Source: Octopus vulgaris (lineage: Eukaryota). Taken from it: 64,000 nucleotides of DNA. Position numbers and translations under genes: made by a program. The notes beneath the pieces were generated by a model that saw only the letters and a list, made by a program, of their open reading frames with translations, was not told the DNA's origin and ran no database searches. The stretch covers positions 59,024,001-59,088,000 of the forward strand of contig OX597828.1 of the NCBI GenBank assembly GCA_951406725.2. Direction: 5' to 3'. How positions within the stretch are numbered: the first letter of the stretch is position 1; each line of letters starts with the position of its first letter. Below, in pieces: positions 13,131-25,027 of this stretch.

Positions 13131-13822
13131 TCACAGTGTTGTGTGAAGCTCTACTGCCTGCTTTGGTGTGGTTTGTATGGTTGGACACCTTTCCTAATGT
13201 CTGCTGCTTTACGAAGTGTACTAGATGCTTGTTATGTGTCCCCAGCAGCAGTGAGGTCACCGAGTATCTTGCATAGACAAGGACCTCTTAACTGAGTAGT
13301 ATTGGGGGAGATGGCTTTGTGCCAGGTTATGAGAAGTTTGTGTATGAATAGAGGGACAGAAATAGGTGTCTGGTAATAGAGGAGATACATAGCTAGCTCA
13401 GTTGGAGAGAGAGAAAGAGATCTTGGTGAAGATGTAATGGGGCATGCAGCCAAGTGACAGGGAGGTGTATAAAGTGAAGCACACCAGGGATTGGATCTGG
13501 ATAGAGTGTGTGGGTAGGTAAATTTCCGAGATTGCGAAAGGTGACTGAAAGGCAGGAGTAGGGGTTAAGGTGAGAAGATGTAGTGAGTGGATACAGGTAG
13601 GCAGAGGGTGTGGGTGTTTGGTCGATATGTTGAAGGGAAGAGATTCAACAGAGGCATGTAATGTGCAGGTAGAATATTCAGGCTGGATACAGCCAGTTTA
13701 AGTGCTAAAGGGTTAAAAATATTATCATTTGGGAGAGCAATGACCAAACAGGATTTATATTCTTGTATTCATATTCTGCTGCATCACGATATCCAAAGTT
13801 TTTTATAACTCAATTAAAAAAT

Positions 13823-13841
13823 CTTTATTCTTTTTTTGTAG
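13823..13841 (+). other. Probable splice acceptor preceding the zinc-finger coding exon
   Basis: CTTTATTCTTTTTTTGTAG followed by repeat-free sequence up to the ATG at 14200. Confidence 0.55.
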
Positions 13842-14046
13842 GATGATTGGTAGAAGGAAAGTTCTGGTTGAAATGCAGTATTAATAAGGAAAGAAAATGA
13901 TATTTAAACACCAGACAATTTAATTGATGAATGCATTGCACAGCTTATAGTAGCAAGCATAATCTGTTTTACTGAATGTTTGCTGATTTGGAGAAATTCA
14001 TTTGATTTATTGTTGTCCAATGGTGAACACTCATCATCCACGATCG

Positions 14047-14077
<31 letters not shown>

Positions 14078-14199
14078 CAAAAGTGACGTTGTTGCAAACA
14101 ACATATATACACACATATACATGCAACACCCATATATTGATTTTGAATTGGCATCATTAAGTATGAATTAAAACATAACCTTAAGTTTATCGTTCTTTA

Positions 14200-17100
14200 A
14201 TGTCTGGGAAATATTCTAATAAGGATATTTTTCAGAATGCTTCTAGTCCTGATGAAATGTTTTCTAAATGCAACATGGCTTCTTCCGATGCGGTTGACTT
14301 AATTGCTGATGTAAGCAATCAGACATTTCAGTCTGAAAAACCTTATAAGTGTAGCTACTGTAAAAAATCTTTTACTCAATCTGGCCATTTGACCACACAT
14401 GTTCGTACACACACAGGAGACCGGCCATTCCAGTGTCCTTACTGCCCAAAAGCTTTCACTGACCGAGGCAATCTTAACACGCATATTCGTACACATACAG
14501 GTGAGAAACCATTCAAATGTGAATTATGTGAGAAGGCTTTCACATTTCATATTCAATTGAGTCGTCACAAAAAAGTTTGCATGTCCAGGAATACAAATTC
14601 CACATCAAGTTTTCAGATGGATGAGAAGAACAATAATTATAACACCACCATCGCTGTTGCTAATCAATCTCAATTTAATAATTTTACATCTGATATCAGT
14701 CCTATGCAAAGTGCTCCTTTTAGTGAAAATAGCTTATATTCAGCAGCATCTAGTTTTATCTTAGGTGAGTGTTCTGATGATATGCAACAACCCAGTAATT
14801 TGTTTTTCAGTAAAAATGAAACAAACAGTACAATCTCCAGTTTTCATAATGAACCAGCATCATCAAATAACAGGTACAGTGATACAAAAGATTCCTCTTC
14901 CATTTGTGGCTCTTCGAAAGATCTACGTGAAATTTCTGCTGATGCAGTTGTGTCCAGTTGTGGTTTGTTAAATACAGAAACTTACGATTTGTATAAGTCT
15001 GAGGATGAATCCTTGCCATACACAAATGTCTCAAAACAGGAGAAACATAAATTCCAGCCCCAAACCAATAGTATATATGTAACTGCTAATATGACTAACG
15101 CTGGTTTTAATAGTCAACAGATTGAAGAAAGTGGAACTAGCTCCATACAGAAAAATGCTTGTCTCTCTGAAAATATCAAGTATGATAAAATTATTTATAT
15201 TGATTCTGATTCACCTAATGGCACTTCTGAAGAAGTTAAATCCACTTTTGATGCTAACACAGTGCCAGAAAATGAAGTTCCTTCATCCAATCCTTCAGAT
15301 CTTCTAAGTGGGAGCGACAAGACAACGACTGACATGAGGAACAAAGAGGATTTAATTAATAGCAACACAATTTCAAAGAAACCTGTCCATCGAAAATCTA
15401 TTTTTTGTGATGTATGCAAAAAGACTTTCCATCATTCTTACCAGTTAGTAATACACTTGAATTCTCATAATTGCCAAAGAAATTTCGAGTGCAAATTTTG
15501 TGGCAAAACATTCCAGCAAGTTGCTCGTCTCAATTCTCATTTACACACACACACTGGCGCCAAACCTTATAAATGTTCATTTTGTGGTAAAGGGTTTGCT
15601 GATCGGAGCAACCTTAAGTCTCATCGTCGTCTTCACACAGGTGAAAAGCCATTTAAATGTACATTGTGTTTTCAAGAGTTCACATTTCACATCCAACTTA
15701 ATCGCCACAAACGTAATTGCAAAGCAGCTGAGCCTGTTGTATTGGAGAGCAACACATCATTTAGTAGTACTGATAATAATAATAATAATAATGATGTTGA
15801 TACATTACTACCAACCATCTCAATGCCATCCCATGTTTACAACATTAACAATAGCGGTACCAGTTACAGTATCCAACTTAATCCAGATTTCATAAAAAAC
15901 TGTGATAATTCCAAAACTCTTAATAGCTCAGTGAATTCTTCCTGTGAAGTAGATTCTACTTTAAATCAATCAGATTTGATAGAGTCTGGTAGCAAAGATA
16001 ACATTGTTGATCTTACTGATGAAACACCGGATGATAGTACTGATGAGCAAAATATCTGTTTGGAACCCTGGAAAACTACTGATAGAAACCTTTTATCCAG
16101 GTTGTCTACATTCGATGGTAAACATCAAGATAATACTTCTAACCAACAGATAGAGTTCCCATCAGAGTTTTCTAAAGACTGCTTAAGGCAATGTCACATT
16201 GACTTGTCTGAGGATTATGATAACGACCTGACGCCTACTACCAATTGCAATAGTAATACCTCTGACTATAGTTCTTTGTCTTCGGGATCAAAATCAGAGG
16301 AAGCTTTGTTAACTTGCCAATATTGTTACAAGTCATTTTCTAAGAAGGATGACTTAGACAAACATTGTAAGAAAAGCCATAACAAATTTCCTTTAGAAAC
16401 CTTCAAAGTGAAAGCCAATGTGAGCAACATGAAAAAGCCTTATACTTGCAAATTTTGTCCCAAATCATTTCTACAGCCTAGTCATTTAAATGCCCATATT
16501 AGGACTCACACTGGAGATAAACCTTTCACTTGTCAGTTTTGTAATAAGGCTTTCTCCAATCAAAGCAATCTTAACACTCATATGAGGCTGCACACTAAAG
16601 TGAAACCCTTCAAATGCCTTAGCTGTAACCAGTCCTTTACGTTTCACATTCAGTTGCAACGGCATAAAATCAAATGCTTTGGCAACAAGAACCTCTCCAT
16701 ACAATATCCATCCAAAGAGAGAATATCAACTATTTCACTTATCTCTCAAGCAGACAAACTTTCCAGTTTTGAACAAAGTGGAACAGAATTAAGAAACAAA
16801 GAGTCAAGACACTTCATCTCATCCATTAAAGATGTCAATGGTTCTTCAGACAGTTGTTATATGGAAAACCCTTCAAACGCTACATTATCTCTTCAGGTTA
16901 ACACAGCCAACAAAACAGTAACGACAAATGATTGTGAAACACATTACAGCAATTCTTTGAGTCTTGGTGTAATGGAAGAGAATCAAGTGGAAGCTGCTGC
17001 TGATGTTGGTGAAACTAAAGAAAATGTAGCAGAAATCAAAGAAGAATGGAAAAAACACAATATGCCGATGAGAACTGAAATAAATCAGTCTGATACAGCT

Positions 17101-20100
17101 GATTCATTACCAAGAAGTAAGTCTACTACTGAAGAGTTAACGCTTACTGAAAAATCCATTGTAGAATCTACACCGATAGATGGGTCTTTAGAGCTGCCTG
17201 ATAAAAATCAAATTCCTTTGCAGTCGAATTTGCTGAGTTATCATCCTGGGAAAAAGTTATTTCGTTGTAAATATTGCAAAAGGAATTTTCTTGGACTTTA
17301 TCTACTGTCGGTGCATCTGCGATCCCACAACTTCGCAACGAGTGAGAAAATGTTTGAATGTGCTTTATGTAAAAAGTCTTTTCAGAAGGCTGGCCAGCTT
17401 AATAGCCATGTACGTACGCACACGGGAGTAAAGCCATTTTTGTGTCAGTATTGTGGGAAAGCCTTTGCTGACCGTAGTAACTTGAATACTCACAGGAGAA
17501 CTCACACTGGGGAAAAACCATTTAAATGTTTATTTTGTGGAAAGGCTTTTACATTTCATATCCAGCTTAGTAGACATAAAAGAGTCTGTAAGCCTTCAGC
17601 ATTAGCACAGTTACATCATCAATATCAGAAACGAACTAATTCTTTGCAAATTCCTCTTCAAAATACTGTAGAACAAACTAATTTGGCAAATAATTCCAGT
17701 GTTTCAAAGAAACTTGGCCAATCTGGAGATATATTTTTCAGTGACAAAACAACTGATCACATACTCAACAGTAATGAAATCCATTTTGAGGATCCTTTAT
17801 CAGTTCAGGTTTACAATAACCAAGCTGAATCAACAATGCCTTATAGTACCACTAGTCTACAGGAAGAAGCTGAATTACTGGATTGTAACAACAGAGCTGT
17901 TACTGGCAGAAAGTCAGACAATTTGCTCCTTCCAAGACCTGGTAACAGTTTAGAACAGGTTGAACAAAAGCCAAATTTTAATTATCAGGATGCATCCTCT
18001 AGAAAAGCTGTGGAATTAAAAGCTATCTCTACTCAACAGAACTTAACAGAAAATCAATGTAATCCAGATGTATATAGCAATAATGATCCAGAAAATGATA
18101 TCATAAAATCATCCCGATTTTCTGAAGACCAAGATTCTATAAATAGTTCTTTGTCAACTTTTGCATGTAACAAAATATCAGGGACCACTAACAAAAACTA
18201 TTGCAATGATAATGTTTCCCGAATGAGTTCCTTAACACAATCTGGAGAGGAAGCCAGTTCTTTTGTGAAACCAGGCATATTTTGCAATGATGATGACAAT
18301 GTTGAAATGAGATCCAATGTCTCATCATACACTCAAAGAAGCAACGAGAGTTTGGCCGCAAATAGCAGTTTGTTTCCTTGTTGTTACTGTAGTAAGGTTT
18401 TCAAACTAGTGACTACACTAGCAGTTCATATCAGATTACATACAGGAAGTAAAGTATACGAGTGTGAATTTTGTGGTGAAACTTTTTACCGATTTACAGA
18501 CTTAGCAGTTCACTTGAAGCTTCATCCCCAAGAAATATTGTTTCAGTGCGAATATTGTGATATGACGTTTTCACGTGATTGTCATTTGCGACTCCATGAA
18601 AAGAGCCACTTGTTAAAGGATGGAGTGCTTCAGGAGAGCCTAGCTCAGAAAACCTTGAAGCAGAAATTAAATAATGACAATAATTTCATTTGCCCTATAT
18701 GTTATTGTATGTTTCCTAGCAGTTTTACTTTAGACAACCATTTAACGACTCACACAACTGGGAAATTATATCGGTGCCAAACATGCAAACAAGCTTTTAC
18801 ATTTCCTCAGCCTTTCAAAAGGCACATTCAAGAATGCCAACAATTATTGAAAGATCAAGAATCTACTTTTATCCTGGAGCCAATTTCAACCCAGAACTCT
18901 CAGCCATTTTCCTCCCAAAATGTCTTCAGAAAGGATTTGTTGGCTAATAAGACTTCTCGAGAACAGCCACAACCTGTTGGTTTATTTTCAAATACTGGAA
19001 GACTCTCCTCTTTAGCAATGGAATTATGGAAGCTGCCTCCCAATCTTGAGACCATAAACCAGCATAAAAAGCAATTCACAGACAATAACAGTTCAGTTCT
19101 CTTAGCTCCTTCAGAACTTGATGGTAATGAAAACTTAGTGTGTAATTATTGTGAACGTAAATTTTCTTCTTGCAAATCGCTTAGTTTACATCTTAAAACG
19201 CATAATGCAAATTTTAGCACCAAGAAAGTGCATCGTTGTGAATTTTGTATGAAACTCTTTTTCCAGCAGTTGTTACTTGATAAACATAAAAGAACTCATC
19301 ATAACCAAAAGTCGTATAATTTAAAGCGAGAAAGTCTTAAATGTCGATTCTGTGCAAAGACATTTCAACAGTCGAGCCACCTGAAAGCTCATATTCGACA
19401 CCATACAGGTGACAAGCCTTTCAAGTGCCAATACTGTGGTAAAGCTTTCTCTGATCGCAGTAATTTGAATACTCACATCCGTACACACACAGGAGAAAAA
19501 CCATTCAAATGTACCAAATGTAGGTGTGCATTTACATTTCACATCCAGTTGACACGGCATAAAAGAATTTGTCAGAACCCCAGAGATGAGGCAAACTCAG
19601 CTACAGTCTCTAGAGATAGACAACAACACGAGGAATCTAGATTATCTCAGGCAACAAATTCCTTTAACCATTGTTTCCCAGAATCAACATCAAGTTGTAC
19701 TATTCCTGATGTAGCAAACGAACATTCTGAAAATAGAAATCTTGAAAGTAATTTAAGAATTCCGTTGTCCCCTTTGTTTTTCAGTAGTAATATTTTAGAA
19801 GATAATAACTTAAATCAACCAAGAATTTTGACTTCATCCAATTCAACAGAGCAGCTTGCTTCAAAGCTACCAGAGACATCATCCAAATGTGATTCCAGAT
19901 TATCTGACAGAGTTTCAACTACAAAAAGTAGCAGTCATTCTCCGACTAACCTTCATTCAAATCATTATAACACTGAAACCGATGTTTTGGATTGCAAACC
20001 TATCATTGAAGTAGATGCTAATATTTATTTGCAACCCACGGTCAGTATAAAATCTGAACCTTTTCCCCCAGATGAACAACTTTTAGTTTGTCCACCTGAG

Positions 20101-20550
20101 ATCACTTCTAACATCTCTAACATACCATTTAATGTGAATACAGATAAAATGTTTAATGATACGAGAAATACTTCAGAGTTGGAGAAATTTCCAGATTGTA
20201 CTAAAGAAGAAGATTTGAAACCAGATATTGTATCGGTAGATTATGTTAAATGTCAAGGGGATGAGATTGGTAAAAGACAAATTTCTACAATGGATTCTGT
20301 TCAAGTGGAAGAAAATCCACTTTCAATTAATAATTCATTTTCAGACCCAAATCATTCCACATGCAGTAGTGCAGCTAATAAGTCTTTTGAACATGTGGAA
20401 GATGTTTCTAATACAAATGAGAATGAGAACTCTTCTGGTAAACCTCTTCACAGTTCTACTGCAGTTGATTGTCTATTTGGTAGTGATGTGACTATTCCAG
20501 ATAAAGATAACACACATTCTTTGAAACCAAACCACTTAGATGAAACATAA
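14200..20550 (+). CDS. Multi-cluster C2H2/C2HC zinc-finger protein, 2116 aa, 25 fingers
   Basis: Uninterrupted 6.35-kb ORF; CxxC-x12-H-x3-H fingers with TGEKP-type linkers in clusters of 3,4,4,4,5,5 separated by S/N/T-rich spacers. Confidence 0.96.
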   Translation: MSGKYSNKDIFQNASSPDEMFSKCNMASSDAVDLIADVSNQTFQSEKPYKCSYCKKSFTQSGHLTTHVRTHTGDRPFQCPYCPKAFTDRGNLNTHIRTHTGEKPFKCELCEKAFTFHIQLSRHKKVCMSRNTNSTSSFQMDEKNNNYNTTIAVANQSQFNNFTSDISPMQSAPFSENSLYSAASSFILGECSDDMQQPSNLFFSKNETNSTISSFHNEPASSNNRYSDTKDSSSICGSSKDLREISADAVVSSCGLLNTETYDLYKSEDESLPYTNVSKQEKHKFQPQTNSIYVTANMTNAGFNSQQIEESGTSSIQKNACLSENIKYDKIIYIDSDSPNGTSEEVKSTFDANTVPENEVPSSNPSDLLSGSDKTTTDMRNKEDLINSNTISKKPVHRKSIFCDVCKKTFHHSYQLVIHLNSHNCQRNFECKFCGKTFQQVARLNSHLHTHTGAKPYKCSFCGKGFADRSNLKSHRRLHTGEKPFKCTLCFQEFTFHIQLNRHKRNCKAAEPVVLESNTSFSSTDNNNNNNDVDTLLPTISMPSHVYNINNSGTSYSIQLNPDFIKNCDNSKTLNSSVNSSCEVDSTLNQSDLIESGSKDNIVDLTDETPDDSTDEQNICLEPWKTTDRNLLSRLSTFDGKHQDNTSNQQIEFPSEFSKDCLRQCHIDLSEDYDNDLTPTTNCNSNTSDYSSLSSGSKSEEALLTCQYCYKSFSKKDDLDKHCKKSHNKFPLETFKVKANVSNMKKPYTCKFCPKSFLQPSHLNAHIRTHTGDKPFTCQFCNKAFSNQSNLNTHMRLHTKVKPFKCLSCNQSFTFHIQLQRHKIKCFGNKNLSIQYPSKERISTISLISQADKLSSFEQSGTELRNKESRHFISSIKDVNGSSDSCYMENPSNATLSLQVNTANKTVTTNDCETHYSNSLSLGVMEENQVEAAADVGETKENVAEIKEEWKKHNMPMRTEINQSDTADSLPRSKSTTEELTLTEKSIVESTPIDGSLELPDKNQIPLQSNLLSYHPGKKLFRCKYCKRNFLGLYLLSVHLRSHNFATSEKMFECALCKKSFQKAGQLNSHVRTHTGVKPFLCQYCGKAFADRSNLNTHRRTHTGEKPFKCLFCGKAFTFHIQLSRHKRVCKPSALAQLHHQYQKRTNSLQIPLQNTVEQTNLANNSSVSKKLGQSGDIFFSDKTTDHILNSNEIHFEDPLSVQVYNNQAESTMPYSTTSLQEEAELLDCNNRAVTGRKSDNLLLPRPGNSLEQVEQKPNFNYQDASSRKAVELKAISTQQNLTENQCNPDVYSNNDPENDIIKSSRFSEDQDSINSSLSTFACNKISGTTNKNYCNDNVSRMSSLTQSGEEASSFVKPGIFCNDDDNVEMRSNVSSYTQRSNESLAANSSLFPCCYCSKVFKLVTTLAVHIRLHTGSKVYECEFCGETFYRFTDLAVHLKLHPQEILFQCEYCDMTFSRDCHLRLHEKSHLLKDGVLQESLAQKTLKQKLNNDNNFICPICYCMFPSSFTLDNHLTTHTTGKLYRCQTCKQAFTFPQPFKRHIQECQQLLKDQESTFILEPISTQNSQPFSSQNVFRKDLLANKTSREQPQPVGLFSNTGRLSSLAMELWKLPPNLETINQHKKQFTDNNSSVLLAPSELDGNENLVCNYCERKFSSCKSLSLHLKTHNANFSTKKVHRCEFCMKLFFQQLLLDKHKRTHHNQKSYNLKRESLKCRFCAKTFQQSSHLKAHIRHHTGDKPFKCQYCGKAFSDRSNLNTHIRTHTGEKPFKCTKCRCAFTFHIQLTRHKRICQNPRDEANSATVSRDRQQHEESRLSQATNSFNHCFPESTSSCTIPDVANEHSENRNLESNLRIPLSPLFFSSNILEDNNLNQPRILTSSNSTEQLASKLPETSSKCDSRLSDRVSTTKSSSHSPTNLHSNHYNTETDVLDCKPIIEVDANIYLQPTVSIKSEPFPPDEQLLVCPPEITSNISNIPFNVNTDKMFNDTRNTSELEKFPDCTKEEDLKPDIVSVDYVKCQGDEIGKRQISTMDSVQVEENPLSINNSFSDPNHSTCSSAANKSFEHVEDVSNTNENENSSGKPLHSSTAVDCLFGSDVTIPDKDNTHSLKPNHLDET

Positions 20551-21082
20551 TTCACCATAAAACTCACTCTTCATAACCTAAAACAATGAAATTATATTCT
20601 GTTGTGTCTGGGGAGAGTCATTTTCTTTTTGTGCCTTTTTGTGGTGAGTGTGTTACATTATAAGGCACAAAAAGAAAATGACTCTCCCCAGACACAACAG
20701 AATATGCTTCAATACACTAACTCACATAAAGAATCTTGCAAACCAAATCCAAAAAACGAAATGAAATTATGGAAGACACAAAACTCAAACAACACCACAC
20801 AACTGTTGTTTATGGTATTATTGAGTGTATTAAATTTTGTGTTGATTTTAGTTCTGCTGATATCACACTTCACGGATACAACCCATTTGTACGATTATAA
20901 GCAAAAACCGTCCAATCTTTTCAAAGTGTATCACTTTCTCTCTCTCTCTCTCTCTCTTTACAAAACAATCTTCATTACTAAATGTGAAGTGAGATCAAAA
21001 CGTTCTGAGATAAAATTTATTGCAGAATGCTTCAAAAGCTTTTTCATCTTCTGTTCATTTTTATAATTTTTATACAAAGAAA

Positions 21083-21088
21083 AATAAA
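21083..21088 (+). terminator. Candidate polyadenylation signal
   Basis: AATAAA about 530 bp after the stop, T-rich downstream; a second AATAAA at 21188. Confidence 0.4.
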
Positions 21089-21329
21089 CATATCAATATA
21101 TCAATCAGTCACACATATTTTATACATTTATTAATTGTTTTTTTTTTTCCCAGATTAAATTAGCACATAGACTGGTCTATGTATTACAATAAAGCTGAAT
21201 TGAATTTTCATTTTACACTTAATAGATTTCTTTTATCTTTTATGTGTTTCAGTTATTGGACTATGACTATGCTGAGGCAGCATCTTGAAGAGTTTTTAGT
21301 TGAACAAATTGATCCCATTATTTACATTA

Positions 21330-21788
21330 TTTACATTTGACGGATATTCGTCCTCATCTTGTTTATTGTTAACACAACGTTTCGGCTGATATACCCTCCA
21401 GCCTTCATCAGGTGTTTTGGGGAAATTTCAAACCTGGGTTCTCATTCCTAAAGTATTTTTCAATGTTATTATCATTATTCAGGTCACTGCTTGGAATCGA
21501 ACTTGGAATCCTGGGGTCAGTAGCCTGTGCTCTTAACCACTATGCTATATGCCCGTGAGCATATGGTGTAGTGGTTAAGAGTGTGTGCTACTAACCCCAA
21601 GATTCCAAGTTCGATTCCAAGCAGTGACTTGAATAATAATAATGATAATATAATAACATTGAAAAGTACTTTAGGAATGAGAACTCAGGTTCGAAATTTC
21701 CCCAAGACACCTGATGAATGCTGGAGGGTATATCAGCCAAAAAGTTGTGTTAACAACACGATGAGGACAAATATCTGTCAAATGTAAA
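21330..21788. mobile_element. Head-to-head palindromic dimer of a tRNA-headed, hammerhead-bearing element
   Basis: Two inverted arms of about 225 bp centred near 21555; each has A box TGGTGTAGTGG-like, B box GTTCGATTCC and a hammerhead motif; it splits a family A SINE. Confidence 0.85.
21371..21416 (-). ncRNA. Minimal type I hammerhead ribozyme motif
   Basis: AACAC-CUGAUGA-A-GGCUG(GAGGGUAUAU)CAGCC-GAAA-CG-UU-GUGUU: 5-bp stem I, 5-bp stem II, palindromic AACGUU in place of stem III. Confidence 0.8.
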
Positions 21789-22251
21789 AAGTCTGGTACT
21801 TATTCTATTGGTCTCTTGCTGAACCATTAGATTACAGGAATGTAAACAAACCAACAACAGTTGTCAAGAAGTGATGTGTGAGTGTTTGTGTGAAAAATAG
21901 ACACAAAGACACACCCACACATAAATAGTCATTATACATATGCCAGTTCTGACACTGTTATTCTCTGTATTGCTCAAGGGGAAAAATGAATTGCTACTGT
22001 CTCTAGTGATTGGGTATCTGTCATTGACAAGACCAAGGAAGGTCAAAAATCACACGGTCTGGTGGTCTCAGCACTGGAGGTGGCAGAGATTTATCTCTCT
22101 GCTTGTGATATAAATGAGTGCATTTTGCACCAAAAACCAATATGGGAACGTTTTTTTCCTCGTGGTAACTACTGCAGTATAGTTAGTTCCAACAGAACAT
22201 CCATGTTTAAGTGGGAATAAATATTAAAGAGTAAAGACACACTTCAGTCAG

Positions 22252-22387
22252 GAATTAAGAAACAAAGAGCCAAGACACTTCATCTCATCCATTAAAGAAG
22301 CCAATGGTTCTTCAGACAGTTGTTATATGGAAAACCCTTCAAATGCTACGTTATCTCTTCAGGTTAACACAGCCAACAAAACAGTAA
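22252..22387 (+). repeat. 136-bp direct copy of zinc-finger CDS 16786-16921
   Basis: About 5 mismatches by manual alignment. Confidence 0.95.
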
Positions 22388-23599
22388 AGACTAGCTCAAT
22401 GTTGCACAGTGGAACTGAACCCAAAGCCACATGGTTGCAAAGTAAACGTCTTAACCACTTGGCCATGCCTGCACTTGGGGGAAGTTTTTCTGAGTAATGA
22501 TGAACCAACAACTTCTATAATGATCCTATGATAGGAATGTATTATGTTCTGTCACACTGACCTATTACAGAACTTGAATTCTATGGATTTCCTTATGGTC
22601 TACAGACAAAAAGAACATAGTGCTTAGGGGTTAATGCAGTCCTGGATTTATTTACTATTATGGCTTACACTAAGTAACCCCTTTTGTTCAAGGCTGACTT
22701 GAGACTAAACAATAACGTAACTGAAGTGGAGTTTTCTTTCTCCGTTTTTTTTTCTTTTTAGGTTTTTGCCTCTGCGTTGGTTAGCAGTGATTGTTTGCAA
22801 GCAAAAATATGTGTCTTAATTGATATGATTGCAGTTTTCTTAGACTGAAAGTCTACCGATATCTTTGATGTTTTACTTGTTTCAATCATTTGACTAGGGT
22901 CACGTTGGGACACCACCTTGAAAAGGATGCAGTAATGTTAGTCATTATTTATAAATAGAATAAAACAAACAAATAAAAATATGATTTCTCTATGGCAAGA
23001 GTTTTACTGTATAATGAACATTTCCTATTCGGTTAATCACAGAAAAGTTATACTTGATACTATTAATAAAACGGTTTCTAATTTAGGAAAAAGGCCAGCA
23101 GTTTTGAAGGGAGGAAAATTAGTGAATACCATTGACCCCAGTACTTAACTGCTACCTTATTTTATCAACCCAAGGATAATGAAAGGCAAAATATACTTTT
23201 AAAGTGTAATATACCGACTAAATTGCCAAATATATGTGTTTATTTTTCTGACCTATAGATTCTTACGTGACTTGTACATATGTGACCAACCATAGGCTTG
23301 ATTCCACGTAAAATCAACATTTTTCATCCGGTTTCATTCATGCTTGATAAATATATCACTTATGTTCCGCAGAAGGTTCTACAGTCTTTAGATTTGCCAT
23401 TTATGGAGTAATGGAACATCTAGGTTTAAAAGGTCAGAAAACCTACGATAGCAACTATTGTGGACAAGGGAGATAACTCTTTGTGAAGTAATGGTTAGAA
23501 ATTGATTATCTCCCTTACATGTGTGTGTGTGTGCGCATCGTCTCGTTCTCAGAGAAACATTTACAAACTCAGACTACGGTACAACGAACGCACCTGTTA

Positions 23600-24270
23600 C
23601 CATGCGGCGTTCGATAAATTCCATAAAAATTATTTATTTATTTCTGCGGCTGGAAATGTACATTTCCTTTGATGTCAGCATATGTCGTGAAAGAGAGAAA
23701 AATTACAGGGACGTGTGTATGCGTTGATAAGACAGAAAGTGTGTGTTTGCGAGAGAGAAGGAAGTACTTCTTCCCGTCACCCCTCCCCCCGTTTTCTCCC
23801 AAATTATTGTTTTGTATTTTTTTTTTGTCAAAACCCCCACCTTTTCAGATACGGAATTTTGAAATGTTTGCCCCCCCCCCCCCCCAGTTATTTCAAAATG
23901 CCGATTTTTGCCAATTTTCTTGCAAATTTGTATTCTTCATAGCTGAAAAGGGAGGGATTGTGTAGGAAAAAAAAAATAAATAAAAAGGATTGTCTTTGGT
24001 GGGGTACATAAGGAAGTGTTGCCGAGATGTTCTCTGTGTGTGTGAGGGAGAGAATACTCTCTGTACTTGTTTCAGTCATTTGACTGCGGCCATGCTGGAG
24101 CACCGCCTTTAGTCGAGCAAATCGACCCCGAGACTTATTTTTTGTAAGCCCAGTACTTATTATATCGGTCTCTTTTGCCGAACCGCTAATGTGACGGGGA
24201 CGTAAACACACACCAGCATCGGTTGTCAAGCAATGCTAGGGGACAAACACAGACACACAAACACACATAC

Positions 24271-24308
<38 letters not shown>

Positions 24309-24570
24309 GACAGGCTTCTTTCAGTTTCCGTCTACCAAATCCACTCACAAGGCATTGGTCGGCCCGGGGCTATAGCAGAAGACACTTGCCCAAGATGCCA
24401 CGCAGTGGGATTGAGCCCAGAACCATGTGGTTGGTTATCAAGCTACTTACCACACAGCCAGTAGCGTACTTTTTTTTGTTGTTTCTCCTCACATCATTTT
24501 TGAATGAGTGAGTAACTGACTGAGAGAGAGAGGGGTGTTGTCGGAAAGGGAGGGAGAAAGTGTGTATCAC

Positions 24571-24604
<34 letters not shown>

Positions 24605-24996
24605 TAAATTTTATTTATTTACATTTTCTTGCATCTTTTTTTAGTGAGTGTGTGTTTGACTGAAAGAGAGAGAGAGAGAGAAGGTTCTTGCTCTGTATGT
24701 GTGTGTGAGAGGGGGGGGGGAGAGTGTGTGTGAGACACCGTTTTTAAATTTAAAAATGCTCCTTCGCCTGAGAAACATGTATGCATATGTATTTATGTAT
24801 GTACGTGGCAGTTAATGGGTGTATGTATGTGTTTTTGTGTGCGTGTGTGACTGACCCTACCCATTTTAAACATACATGACAACACCTCCCTCCCCCTTTC
24901 TCTCTCTCTCTCTCTCTCCAGTCAATCACTCACTCGAAAAGGATGCAAGGAAAAATAAATTTTAAAAATGTAGTTTCTCTCTCTCTCCCTCACACG

Positions 24997-25027
<31 letters not shown>

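Noticed and set aside
20602-21066. 154-aa ORF with hydrophobic stretches after the ZNF stop
   Set aside because: Non-ATG start, lies in the probable 3'UTR, includes (CT)n and has no recognisable domain
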